Assembly: GCA_040285825.1 (NCBI GenBank)
Contig: JAUPSS010000001.1
Coordinates: 2,728,001 to 2,792,000, forward strand
Direction of reading: 5' to 3'
Length of the DNA stretch: 64,000 bases
DNA from: Eukaryota sp. TZLM1-RC
Taxonomy: Eukaryota; Protista; Metamonada: BaSk clade
The notes under the pieces are model-generated. The model saw nothing but the letters and a program-made list of their open reading frames with translations. It was not told the origin of the DNA and made no database searches. Shown piece after piece: positions 33,620 through 45,596 of the stretch (positions are counted from its first letter, which is position 1; each line of letters opens with the position of its first letter). The position numbers and the translations under genes are program-made.

Positions 33620-35760
33620 TATTTTTATTCAACAACAAATATGAAATACACAATTAAAACTCCACATCCTCAAAACCTGCCTCCCCTACATCAAAACAAT
33701 TAATCGCTAAAGATTCAGAAAATTTCCCAAAAGAAGATAGTGAATCAGAAATTAGTGTTACCATTCCCTTAAAAATAGAAAATACAATCCTGTTTTGCCA
33801 GTAAACACGATTGAAAATTCTTCCAGTTCTTTCCTTTACAACTACAACAAAATCCTCAAGGAAAGCCATAGCAGCCTTACCTAGAGATCCAAGCAAAGAA
33901 AAAACAAATGGACATAAATTATATTGGGCATGAGAATTTTCATTAACCGAGGAAATGGGTTTCGCATATTTAGCAATTTTATATTTTTCGCCTGCAAGAA
34001 GAGGATTATTTACATCCGAGTTAATGAAATGTTCGTTAGAGGAATTACAAGGGTCAATAGACATGGCGTCCAAAATAGTAAAACTACCATTTAAACCAGG
34101 AACAACTAAATCACCTCTAGTCAGACCCATAGAAGCTCTGTTGTAACGCGTACTATCAATATTGGGATCATCAAGAATTAGTTTTGATAACAGCGGTTCT
34201 AAAAAGGAATCTACACGATATGATTTGCACATTACATAAATTTGGTCCCTGACGTTATTATGCACTTTGCTTCTAAACGTAATGAAATGTTTACAGTTCA
34301 AAAAGATGAGTAAACAAAAGAGGTTTACCACATTTACAAGTTAAATGATTGGGCAAATTGTTTGGCCACAGAAAACAACGAAAACGCATGTTTAGAAGCC
34401 ATTCATTGTCTTTTAACAAAAGTCCATAAACAGAGGGAACTTGAGTTACTAAAGCAGCAGCTGAACTATCACGAATATCCTTTAAAAAATTACCGAAAGC
34501 GGGATTTTTAGTTTTGGCCAAGCCAAGTCTTACTTCATAATCCAAGCCTTCATATAATTTAACCAGATGGTGCTGAAGCTTTTTCAAGCAAAAACGTAAA
34601 TTTGGAAGTGATCAAGTGGGAATTTCTTGAACATTTTGAGGAAAACACTGAATCCAGATATCACTGGGCAAATTTTCTAATTCAAATTGCAGTTGATTCA
34701 AGTAAAAATTTGATTCACCATTGATCAGATGAACATCAAAAGGGAACCTTTGGAAAAATTCAAAAACAAAATTTTTACCACCTCCCAAAAATGCTGCTTT
34801 ACACAGAATCGAAGATTTGGTGAATCCAATTCCACCCAAATCTGCTGAACAAAATACATGACTTCGAATTAAAGATTCATTTACTTCTAATAAAGAAGAA
34901 AAAAATTTGACTCGAAGTTTGTTAAAAGATCTGCAAAAATTGAGAGATACCGAAGGGGGAGTTGACCTTAAAATATGAGTGAATTTTCCAGAATAACAAA
35001 TTTTTAAAATAAAAATTTGATGTGTTTCTCAATGTCACATTCAGCAATAAAACTAAGATCCTTGTCAAACTTCTCCAATAAATTGTTTAACTGGGAATAA
35101 ATTTCATCCAAATTGCCAAGCCAACATCCAAGATACTTAAAAGCTTGTTGGTCATAATTGATAAAAGGAATCTGAGCTCCACCAATCATCAAATATTGTT
35201 TTTCTCTACCAATCAAGAGACATTTAGATGGGTTCAAAGCTAAACCAATTTCTTTGTATTTCGCCGCAATGTCTTCAGAAACCCTAGAAATGCTTTCAAA
35301 AGAGCCAATAATAGAAATGTCATCCATATAGGCAACAATACGCAAATCAGGGAAATCTTGTTGTGTCATTTTAATAATATTATGAATAGCCAAACAAAAC
35401 AGCAAAGGGCCAAGAGGATCACCTTGTTTCACACCAGAAGAAGATTCAAGGGTAAAGGAGTCATAAACTAAGTCTGATTTTTTTCCATAAAATAAATAAA
35501 AATATGCAGAAAGTTCAGGAAAATCATGAAGAAGCACATCAAAAATACAATCACGTTTCACAGAATTGAAAGCATTTTTGAAATCCAAATTGAAAATATA
35601 TTGATGATGTTGACTATTGAAAAAAACATCTGAAGTCATTGAAGCAACAGAAGCACCTTCAACAGTTTTTATACCAAATTGGAAAGGCTTCAAATAGTCC
35701 CTTGCTTTAGAAGAAATTCTGTTAAAAATAAGCGATTGTTGCAAATTGATGCAGATTTCC
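33620..35760 (-). mobile_element. CRE-clade non-LTR retrotransposon, family B (5'-truncated; RT and RLE)
   Basis: PFQFG, DFKNAFNS, GVKQGDPLGPLLF and YMDD (35004-35762); RLE at 33654-34331. Confidence 0.92.
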
Positions 35761-36029
35761 AATTAAAGAATTATATTACTCACAGCCCTCTGTGGTTTCA
35801 TAGATGGTTTAGCGAGACTGGACTAGGACCTTTTATGACTCTACATTTAAGAAAAGTAAATCAGTCTTTGTATGTGTTAAAGAAGGAAGCCATAGCATTG
35901 AAAACGTTTTTTCCCAACTGTTTCAAAATGAAATTAACAATTTTATTTCAACAATAGAATTTGAATTTTTTTATAAAAAATTGTAAACAAAGGTCGGGAT
36001 CAACTGAAGTTTCCGTATTCTTAATAAAA

Positions 36030-37948
36030 TGAGACTGCACTTCTTCCATCATCATTTCCAATCAATTATCGAAACACCGCCAATAAAAGTTGTAAACAGA
36101 GGAATAAATAAAACAATCAGAGACCATGACAAGCGGAATTTGCTTTCTAGGTGTGTTCACAATAACCACATAGATACTGTCAGAGGAACATCCTTCCTTA
36201 AATTTTTGTGCTGTATCAATATGAAGATGCTGAGTGTAGGAAATTAGAGATTGTTTTGATGAATGGTTGTGATTTTGATGCCCTTCAGATTGAAGAAACA
36301 TTTTCCCCAATCGAAACTGCAAATTCAATGCATGAAAACGACTATGGTGCTTTTTTCAATTTTAGTGATTTTTCAATTCAATTACCCGATTTAAGCGCCA
36401 TAATTTCCGAAGAATCAACTAAACTAGTTTTGAGGTAGATGTTGCACAATCAGACGAAAATATTTCAGATTTAGAACTATCAAAGATTGAAGCCACAAAA
36501 GTAATTACAAATATGGATATTTCGAATTACACTTTGAAACAGAAAATCAATTTTAATAACCTGATTTTTTTTATCCAATTCTACAAAATCTTGCTAATGA
36601 GCTTGGTTTCAGAAGGATTGAATTTCCAGATAATACATCTGTGAATTGAATTTTTCACTACACGGCCAAACACTTTTCCATTAACTATGGAAATAATCTC
36701 AGTAAACACATTCATCATTATGTTTTTCACCTTCAAGAAGTTCAGACTACAAAAGATTCAGGAAAATCATATGAAGAAAGATATATTGACTAAACTCAAC
36801 AAAGACAGGGAAGCCTTGATCAGCGAAAACATTGATGAACTTCCTATCAATGGTCACATCGTTTTCCCTTTCCCCAGTCAGAGTTGACTTTGAAGTGTTG
36901 TGCTTATGTGAGACATTGTTCAATTCCCACTTTTATTAAGGGTAGAAATCTTTATAATACTCAATAAACCAAGCCATTGAAATTTCTCTCTCATGCTATG
37001 TATATTAACAGAACCATTCAATCATTTGTTCCCAAGATGGCAAACCTTTGTCGGTGAGTAATCCTTTCCATTGACAACTAAATTGATTCCACAGCATATA
37101 AGACTCGATGACCATTGGCTCAATGAAATATTTACCAAGTTGAAAGGAAGAGCAAAAAAACTAGTCTTCACTTAGTCAGTTTTTACCCAAAGACTAAGTG
37201 ATGAGGTATTGGATTCTTACAAACGGGAGACTAAAGGTTGCTTTCAATTGAAATTTTCCCCAATTGTAACAGACGGGATTGCTTGTTCAGTGATCTTAAT
37301 TCGTAAAGACCTGATTGATGAAAATGGAAATGTTTATAAGAATTTTACTTCCAAGACGTTAGCGCACCGAGAGCAATACTTACATTCTTTGTCTGCTGAA
37401 AATGTCGAAAAGTTGAAGTTAGAAGATAAAAGAATAGTTGTCATTGAATTTAACGAGTACGATTTTATGCACTGTTATTCTCCAAAACCAGCTGTTACTA
37501 TTACCCCAGAACAAATTTCACAAAATGGGTTCTATAAAAAAGACAACTTTCAGAAATCAGAAGCAAAAAACGCAAAGGCATTAAAAAAGGAAAGAAAGAA
37601 TTACAAAATCTATCAATCTATTCAAACTCTGACTCTGATTATACACGGCTGAAAACCCAAACACTGGTGGAACACGTTAAAATATACTGCCGGTAAACGC
37701 CAATTTGACAGAAAATGTACCAAATATCGTTCAAAGGAAAAAGGAAAACCGCAAAATTGGAAACAACAATTACCTGATAATGATTACTCAGCTCAAAATA
37801 TTTCAAATCAATTTTCTTTATCTTTCTCAAACAGACAACAAAAATCTTGTTTCAGTCAACATTTTGGTCATTACTTCAAGGACTTTGAGCGATGCAATGT
37901 TCATATGAAGAATTTTTACCAAGATGTATGGTTCAGAAAAAGAAAATT
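36030..37948 (+). mobile_element. Degraded Fanzor1-like element F4a (N-terminal two-thirds)
   Basis: IVTDGIACSVILIRKDL, degenerate RuvC-I KRIVVIEFNE, TSRTL and FYQDVWFRKRKF. The N-terminal FLK motif resembles F3. Confidence 0.7.
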
Positions 37949-37998
37949 CCTGATCATGCGTCTTAGTCCACACTATGGCGGTTTAGGTTGGACAAATA
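37949..37998 (+). mobile_element. About 50-bp family C CRE fragment joining two Fanzor pieces
   Basis: cctgatcatgc..cttagtccacactatggcggtttaggttggacaaa encodes the PDHA.LSP.YGGLGWT motif of 4090-4138. Confidence 0.8.
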
Positions 37999-38763
37999 GG
38001 CATTGTCCTATTACCCAAGACTCGCTCGATGACATCTCCTCCTCCGTTGAGCCACTGACTCCAAAGTGCTATGCCGTTCAGGGCTAATATCAGTATCTGA
38101 TTGCAATGGCAGCACAATATATAGATGTTGCTCAACCTACTGAAATGGAACAGTGGCTTAATGTGAATCCTCAAAGAGACAACACTGAAAGACAAAGTTT
38201 ATTGGACCACTATCTACATCAAGGAAAAAGAAAAGCTATTCGGCGTAATCGCTTCAACTTTATTGTCCGTCGCCAAAAGAAATTCAGCCAATTGGCCAGA
38301 AAATCAAAAACATGGCTGAAAATCGTGAAGTGAATATTTGGTTTGGGAAAGGAGGTGATGGACCATCCCGTCAAAGAGTGAAAACACCAAGAAAGCGTTT
38401 TCTGAAGTACCTCAAGGCTCGATTTCCAACCGTGAAGGATGGCGATGAATACTATACATCCGCCAAAGTGAACTGTTGCAAAGTTTTCCATGAAGACCTT
38501 TACTTCATAGAAAATGGAGAAAGGAAAAAGTCTAAAGCCTATTTTGCATGTCCAGAATGTGGGATGGTGTGGTGAAGAGATATCTCTGCAACGAGGAACC
38601 AGTGGGAGATTGCAGTAAGCGAGTTCCTTTTGAACACTAGACCCCTAGCTTTTAGAAGACCTCAATAAGAGTCTTCCAATCCAACGTATTCTGATCTAAG
38701 CCGATCATCTCCGGATGGTTAAGTTTAGACAAGTGGATGCGGTTGAAGTATTGGAAATTGTCA
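37999..38763 (+). mobile_element. C-terminal part and right end of a divergent Fanzor, F4b
   Basis: IWFGKG...PRKRF...DEYYTS..NCC (RuvC-II) and CPECGMVW*RDISATRN...RPLAFRR (RuvC-III); stop at 38668. Confidence 0.82.
38669..38763 (+). ncRNA. Candidate omegaRNA scaffold of Fanzor F4b
   Basis: Four nested helices: ttccaat/attggaa, caacgtattc/ggatgcggttg, tctaagc/gtttaga and gatcatc/gatggtt. The innermost is capped by a c(UCCG)g tetraloop. Confidence 0.7.
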
Positions 38764-38794
38764 TTTTGGATAAGAATTCATTTTTAGGGAAAAC

Positions 38795-39408
38795 CAATGT
38801 TAGAATTCCGAATGTTCGCTGAACTAGTTTTAGTTCATTTACACGTGTCAACACAGTTTTGTTTAAAAATGTTTTCCCAACTCCCTATTTCAACTACTAC
38901 AATAGATTTCACTGTTTAAAAATCTGTATTCATACATAAATCCCCTTCTTTACATCAACTTTCTTCAATGCCAAAGCACCCTGTTTACAAACTTCTGGAC
39001 AACGTTAATTACGATAAAGTGTCCAAAAATATTAGTTCACAGTGCCGCTGCTGCAGTAAAATGCTAAAAGGTTCAGCCCGTCGCTTTTCCTCCCATTTCA
39101 TTAAGGAGAATAGAGCTGGATATGCCTTATGTACTCAATTATCCACCATTTCTGTCAAGGATATAAACACTGTCTTAGGTTAATGACCTAGATTTAGATG
39201 TTGTAGAACTTTCTGAATAAAAGTTTAGTTTGTTGGTTGATAGTGAGTGTAATAGCATAACGAAGGAGGAGATAAACAGCGTATTGATATTAATGAATCA
39301 AAACGAGATGCCGAACTAACCGAACGTATCAGTAGGTGCCGAACGTTCAGCCGAACGTACGCCGAACTAGTTTAGTTCGGCCGAACTAGTTCAGTAATTC
39401 TAACATTG
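38795..39408 (+). mobile_element. Non-autonomous hAT element (614 bp) with a BED-finger remnant
   Basis: Perfect 13-bp TIR CAATGTTAGAATT and perfect 8-bp TSD GGGAAAAC (38787-38794, 39409-39416). Subterminal CCGAAC repeats. ORF 38968-39183 has CRCC...H. Confidence 0.93.
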
Positions 39409-39435
39409 GGGAAAACCACAAATAGTAGACCTAAT

Positions 39436-41752
39436 CAGCGTGGCACCTTTTTGCTTTCGCGAATGAAAAAAACGCATTTTTTTTGTTGATTTTGAGGACC
39501 ATTTCTTAAAAGCAAATTCTCATTACTCCAATACCACCTTATCTTTCCTTCTCCTCTTCTGTCATGCCTCGCAAACGAGACATCGCTTGGGATTACGTCA
39601 TAGAACTTTCCTGTGATGACTCTGACCCAGATTGTACAATAAATCTTGATTCGCCCGAAGTTATTCCTATTGAAAAAAATTATACACACCAATGTGTTTA
39701 TTGCTCCTTGAAGTACACTCCAGGTTCCGCTACGCGCATCAAAAACCATATTGTGGGAGTTCCACCAGGAGAGAGAAGCAACATCTCTGTTTGCATGGAG
39801 GCTCCCCGAAAAACAATAATGAAACTTTTGAATACTCAGCTTGACACACTATCTCCTTTTGCAAAAAAACGGCTATCTTTCATATCTGAAGGTGCTCCTA
39901 TCAAGAAAAAACCATTAAATACATTGATTTCTAATGGGAAATTGAAAGCCGCAAGAACAGCTGTTGGTGACTTTTTCTATGGCTGTGGAATACCATTGCG
40001 CATCATTAGAAGTAAGTGGTTCTGGAAAATGATCAAAGCAATTGCCGCAGCAGGCCCATCTGTCCAAAAAATCGGTTATAATGCTCTACGTACCACCATG
40101 CTCGATAACCGTTACAAAGATGCAGTCACAGAAAGAAAAGCAGTCATTGACAACATTTCTGATATTGGATGCACAGTAATGGCAGACTCGTTCACCTCAG
40201 TGTCAAAACATTCATTGACTGGTATCATGGCATCAACAGGTAACTCGGTAATACATTTGAAAACAGTCCATAACGATGCCGTGTCACAAAATGGTGACTA
40301 CCTAAAACAGGTTTTAGAACAGGTAATCAGTGAATTAAACGGAAAAGTCGTCAACATCGTGACTGATTAAGGTTCTGCTTATGTAAACGCTGGAAACAGG
40401 ATCCAGTCGGAGAATCCAAGCATCTCTTACAACTTCTGTGCATGTCATCTGCTTTCGAATTTCTGTAAAGATGTGTACAAACTACCTTTTGTGCGAGACA
40501 TCATAAGAAGAGCTGTTGAGTTAGTAATGTTCCTCAAGAACCACCAGTTAATTTATGATGTCTTGAGAAACAATGGTAGTCGCTCATTGTCTACATTAGG
40601 GGACACCAGGTTTACTTTTGGATACTTTTGGAAAGCTTACTTGGTGCGAAAGATGGTATAATAAGTATTTTTGAAGGGGAAAGCTATTCTGAATGGAGAA
40701 ACCGATTATCAAGTACACTCAGGAACATGGCAGACCAATGGAGCACAGTGTTACATGGTATTTCACTTTGGTTGGAGTTTGAAGAAATTTATAAATGTTG
40801 CTATCCAGTTTTGAAGTTGTTAAAACTATTTGATTGTAATACGCCATTGTCCGCAGAAATTCTTTATTTGATAGAAGAGGCTAAAACTGAAATGATTAAT
40901 TATGATGGGATCATTATCACCGACGAGAGGAAGAATCTCATCATTGCATCGTTTGATGACCGAACCAGTCAATTAATAACCGATTTCTACGTTGCTTCTG
41001 CGATGCTTAACCCAAAAAATTATCTTCCTGAAAGACTCAATTTTGCTGAACGGTTATTTGATAAGTAAGTTTCAAGATTTTGTGTTAAAAATTACCAGTT
41101 ACGATAGTGATAAGGCACTAGATTTGCTGCGTCAATTTTCTGTTTTTCAAAGATTCAATAATCACACAAGTTTTGGAAGGCCCTTAGCATTAGCAGGAAG
41201 AGAGAAAGAAAATTTTAATGCTATGATCTGGTGGCAGCAGTTTGGTTATGACGCACCTGAGCTTCAAAAATTGGCATTACAAGTGGTGTCCCAATTTGTG
41301 TCTGCTTCTGCAGTTGAGAGATTGTGGAGTCTACATGATTGGATTCATTCTAAGCGTAGAAATAGACTCACTGAAGAGCGTGTAAACAAATTAATAGCAG
41401 TGTATGATTTCCTGGCAAGTTGTCGTCAAGAAGAAGATTCTGAAGAAGACAACAAGACGGAAGATTGTATCGAAATATTGAATGTTTGCTGTCAGCTGTT
41501 AGAAGAAGAAGATTGACAGTCCTAGTTTCTAAGGCAATGAACTGATCTATTGTCGGTGTTTCAGTTTTACAATAAATTATAGGTACAATGTGTTTATTTG
41601 TTACATATAGTATAGAATTTCATCCAAATTAGAATATTCATTTGGAAAAAACGCAGCCCTGACGAAAAAAACGCGTTTTTTTCAAAAAAAACGCATTTTG
41701 AAAAAAACGCATTTTCGTTGGGACAATTTTTGTTGGGACCTGTGCAACTCTG
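39436..41752 (+). mobile_element. hAT DNA transposon with a disrupted transposase
   Basis: Imperfect 11-bp TIRs (CAGCGTGGCAC / CAGAGTTGCAC), TSD G(A/T)CCTAAT and subterminal AAAAAACGC repeats. Confidence 0.92.
39564..41516 (+). pseudogene. hAT transposase (BED finger, DDE core, hATC dimerisation domain); in-frame stop and frameshifts
   Basis: CVYC...H, MADS, IVTD*, TRF and WW....APELQKLA...SASAVERLWS....HSKRRNRL. Confidence 0.9.
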
Positions 41753-41849
41753 GTCCTAATATCCCATTTCTCATTCCTTTTCTTACACTCATCCACTCTT
41801 GTTCTTTAGTCTCAAAAAATTTATTTGAACGGACTGTGATCTATCTCAA

Positions 41850-42905
41850 ATGCGCTATTCATCTTTTGGTATATCACAAATAGTGAACACGCCTTCATTT
41901 TATGCAATATCTTCTGGTAAGACACTTTCAGTGGTCAAGACTCTTCAGCATTGTCTCAATTCGAATGATAACGTCTTATTTTCATTTGACGCTACAGGTC
42001 TGATTCGTTTTATTAAAGTCTCGAACTGTTTTCGGTTTCTTTACATTGTCAGTGAAGCAATTCACTTGTTTCGAACAGACAAATGGACGTTGGAAAAGAG
42101 CTGTATTCCACCCAAACGTGTAACATCTTGCACCCATTTCATCTACAATGATCACTTCAGAATTATATTCTCCGACAAAACGGGTGATGTTTATCTTTTT
42201 GAACATGAACATCCTACCTACCTGCTAGGTCACTTGCTCGTTGTCAATGCACTGCAAGTTGATTCAAGAAGCAACTACATATTCACATCAGAAAAAGACT
42301 GTCGTGTAAGAGCAACTTTACTTCCTTATACACAGGTTATTCACGGTTATCTTCATGGCCACACTAACACTGTTTCAAGCCTGGAACGTCTCTTCATTGA
42401 CGATTACGAGTACCTTGTCTCTTCAACTTTGTCTGGAGAGCTTTCTCTTTTTAGAGTTGCAGATTTGACTGATTGTAGCTTTCCCATTCATCAACATCAT
42501 TTACCTGACTCGCGTTTTCTCTCAATTCTTTGTTCAACCAGTAATTTAGTAGTAGCTGCACATTGTTCTGAGCAACTCTCTGCAGATCACCAATTCACTC
42601 TTTCTCTTGTTTCTTTTGAGTTTATTAATGGTCTATTGAAGTCAAGAGAAAGGTCATTAACCCTAGCAAAAGGCTTGATTCCTACCAGTGCCTCTTTTGA
42701 TCCTAATCATGGTTTAATTGTTTCTGTTTGTTGTGTAAGTAACGACAAGTCATCTGATTTTCTTTTATCAATTACAAATTTGACAGGTGATGATTTGGTC
42801 ATTTTTAATATTGAGTTTGATTATGAAGGGTTTCGACAACAATGTGGTGTTCCTTTTTTGGAAGTTTTTCCTGAACTATTTGAAACTTGTATTGTTGATG
42901 TATAG
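41850..42905 (+). CDS. WDR4: tRNA m7G46 methyltransferase non-catalytic WD40 subunit (Trm82/WDR4)
   Basis: DKTGDVY, LLGHL, IFTSEKD.RVR and YLHGHT..VS motifs. Confidence 0.82.
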   Translation: MRYSSFGISQIVNTPSFYAISSGKTLSVVKTLQHCLNSNDNVLFSFDATGLIRFIKVSNCFRFLYIVSEAIHLFRTDKWTLEKSCIPPKRVTSCTHFIYNDHFRIIFSDKTGDVYLFEHEHPTYLLGHLLVVNALQVDSRSNYIFTSEKDCRVRATLLPYTQVIHGYLHGHTNTVSSLERLFIDDYEYLVSSTLSGELSLFRVADLTDCSFPIHQHHLPDSRFLSILCSTSNLVVAAHCSEQLSADHQFTLSLVSFEFINGLLKSRERSLTLAKGLIPTSASFDPNHGLIVSVCCVSNDKSSDFLLSITNLTGDDLVIFNIEFDYEGFRQQCGVPFLEVFPELFETCIVDV

Positions 42906-43177
42906 TGTTTGGTTCTTTTACAAGTAGTGAATTGACTGAATGGATGATTGTTTATTTTATGTCACGTTTCCAAAAAATCTACATTTTAACCTGATTCTGT
43001 CTGAACAATTATAATTTCATTCCATTACGATTTTTTACTTACTTTTATTTAATTTTAGTCACATCACTTTGTATTATTAGAAATCTAAAATCATTCTTTC
43101 TTCTTTAAATTTCATAGGATTTAATACGAAAGAGCCAAATACATTTATTTTTTGTTTCACAATAAAACCAAAATATA

Positions 43178-44044
43178 TTACACAATTTTATTTAATTTGG
43201 TCGACACAAAAAACAACACACAAGCAACTCCAAAATCGACACGTTGACTGATTAAATAATGATTAATGAAATAAGGGGGTAATAAATTAGATTCACTCGA
43301 CTCGAAACTCCTTATTATTTCACCATCCAAATCCATTTTAATCTCAATATCTGCAATATTATCCAATGACAACTTAAAAACAAGTGGATCAAATCTTTCA
43401 ATATGAATTCCCAGGGATTTAGACAACAATTGAGGTATTAATTCCAGATATTCCAAGACATCATGTGGTAAATCTTTTGGTAAGAATGCAACAATCTCAT
43501 CAAGTTGCCTTCTTAATTCCAGTACCTCTCCCTTTTCTTCCAGTAGTTGTTCTCCCTTCTGTTGCTGTTGGGAGATCAGCCGTCGTTGGTGGAGGGTTTC
43601 GTCAAGTTGGGATTTTGTGGACTGAAGTAATGACAATTGATCTTTCAGAACAACGAGTTCTTCCTCGGCTTCATTGTAAGACTTGAGAGTAGAATCCGTG
43701 AGGGAAACCAGATTGGAGCAAGTGGTTTCCAGTTCAGTTGAGAGTTTTTTGTTTTGATCAAAAAGTTGGTTCATGGATGACTCCAACTTTGATTCATCGA
43801 TTGATGGTGGTTCCGGTGCAGACAAAGACTGAAGGGATGCTTGCTGATGTGTGAGTTTGGATAATTCAACTAACATGTCCATAACACGCTGATCATTGTC
43901 ACATAGTTTTTCAAGATTAAAGGGGGTTGTTGGGGTCGAATCTGCATCGTTGAGAAAGGACACTGAAGGAAATGAACTTATGCAGTCCTGAAGTTCTGAT
44001 ATACACTCTGATAGCTCCGAGGCCAGTGTTGTTCCATCATCCAT
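43178..44044 (-). CDS. Coiled-coil protein with a small globular C-terminus; function unknown
   Basis: Intact ORF from ATG 44044 with a heptad-rich middle. Confidence 0.7.
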   Translation of the reverse strand: MDDGTTLASELSECISELQDCISSFPSVSFLNDADSTPTTPFNLEKLCDNDQRVMDMLVELSKLTHQQASLQSLSAPEPPSIDESKLESSMNQLFDQNKKLSTELETTCSNLVSLTDSTLKSYNEAEEELVVLKDQLSLLQSTKSQLDETLHQRRLISQQQQKGEQLLEEKGEVLELRRQLDEIVAFLPKDLPHDVLEYLELIPQLLSKSLGIHIERFDPLVFKLSLDNIADIEIKMDLDGEIIRSFESSESNLLPPYFINHYLISQRVDFGVACVLFFVSTKLNKIV

Positions 44045-44967
44045 TGTAAAATGTAAGAGGTTGTTAAATTCTAATGGGCTAAATTTCAATTGGAATTAGT
44101 TTGGGGCTAACACAAAAAACTGCCAAACTAAATTTAATGGGACTTGATTCGTAGGCCAAGCGCTTCTGCATTGGACTTGAAATTACTGTTGCTTTAGAAC
44201 TCAAAAAAGCTGGGGACAAGTGTGGTTTTACTTAATTATTAATTCATTTCATTTACATTTATTCTTTTACATTTCATTAAAACACAACTATTGTGTTTTA
44301 AGAAATATGATTCGTTCATTTGCTGTTATTTCTTCTCAATTATTGTTGTGTGATGAAATTATAGCTGCTGGTTTGTTACCTTATGATCATTCTGTTAACT
44401 TTAGGAAGAAGCTTGTCAATGAAAGCTCAACAACAAGGATAGTTGGATTTGTATTGCATAGAAATAAATATGGCTTAATTATTTGATTTTAATGTTTTAG
44501 CATTGACATGCTGTCACAACAGTGTAAATATGTGAATCTTTTGTTGGCTGTTTTAATGTTTTTCTCATTAATAGAGGATTTATAATTGCTGTTCATAAAA
44601 GGATGGTTGTGTGTTCATCAAAACAACTGAAGCTTCATGATAACATACATACAGAAATCTTTTCACTGTTTCGCACAACTCAATTATTGTTAACAAACTT
44701 CAATCATTATTGATAGTATCATTTCTGTGGAATTGTCCCGGATACATCACAATTGAAGCAAGTAGCTAATCAATAATAACATGAAATCTCAGTAGATGAT
44801 GAACACTAACTACCTTTATGCCACTTGACAAACCTTATCCACACGTGTCGTATAGCATTTCGACTTTTGGTTTTCTCCGGGGTGCATTTAGGATAGACAA
44901 ATTGATTGAATTTCTCAAAAATCTTAGGAAAACGGTTTGAAAGTGCTGCTTTGGGGGTAGTTCTTGC

Positions 44968-45390
44968 CTAATTGGTAGATTTGTTCAGATTAAATCCATA
45001 GCAATTACCACAAGTAGTGAGTGCCAATGTATGATGAACACCTACACTACAAGAAACAATGTTAGAGAAGAAGGGTAACTGGAAATTCTTTCTACCAGTA
45101 GTATGAGGAGGAAAATATCGGGAGAGAACACCAGGTGTTGGAGATGAGAATACAGAAACAGAAGGTGCAACAGAGCCAATAAGGTTGATTCGTTTTGTGC
45201 GAGACCAGAGAATTGAGTTTCCTTTAGATATGTAGCGAATTCTGTGAGATGGTACAGATAAGGCAAGAAAATCGTGAAGAGGGAGGAAGAATACACCGCC
45301 AAATTTATCCTCAAAACCAACAAAGAAACGTTCTTTAGACAAAGAAGTATCGTGGACTAATCTGTTGATGATGCTGAGAGCGTCTTTCAT
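44968..45390 (-). CDS. MJ1316-domain protein followed by a partial RCC1 repeat (possibly 3'-truncated)
   Basis: IINRL.HD...F.VGFEDKF.G...VPSHRIRY......LWSR..RIN, then SVGVHHTLALTTCGNCYGF. Confidence 0.65.
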   Translation of the reverse strand: MKDALSIINRLVHDTSLSKERFFVGFEDKFGGVFFLPLHDFLALSVPSHRIRYISKGNSILWSRTKRINLIGSVAPSVSVFSSPTPGVLSRYFPPHTTGRKNFQLPFFSNIVSCSVGVHHTLALTTCGNCYGFNLNKSTN

Positions 45391-45432
45391 GAGTTACATA
45401 GAGTTGAAATTCCAGAAACTTTTACAAAGGAT

Positions 45433-45459
45433 ACCTAGTTTATGAACCTAGTTTATGAA
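45433..45459. repeat. 13-bp tandem duplication upstream of Fanzor F5
   Basis: acctagtttatga acctagtttatga a. Confidence 0.85.
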
Positions 45460-45596
45460 GTGAGAGGGAAGTGTGGGAATAGTGAAAACCTCCCAAAACC
45501 AAGTTGAGGGTTAAAAACCTCCCAGAACAGGCATCTAGAAGTTGAAAATGGGTGACAAGTGTAAAATTTGATAGATGAGCGCTTTATTCTCACTAC

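Noticed and set aside
39310-39395. CCGAAC repeats as a CRISPR-like or regulatory array
   Set aside because: They lie inside the hAT TIR boundary and fit subterminal transposase-binding repeats.
36030-41752. hAT transposase as the mobiliser of the adjacent Fanzor
   Set aside because: Both hAT elements have their own TIR/TSD pairs that exclude the Fanzor, so they inserted independently.
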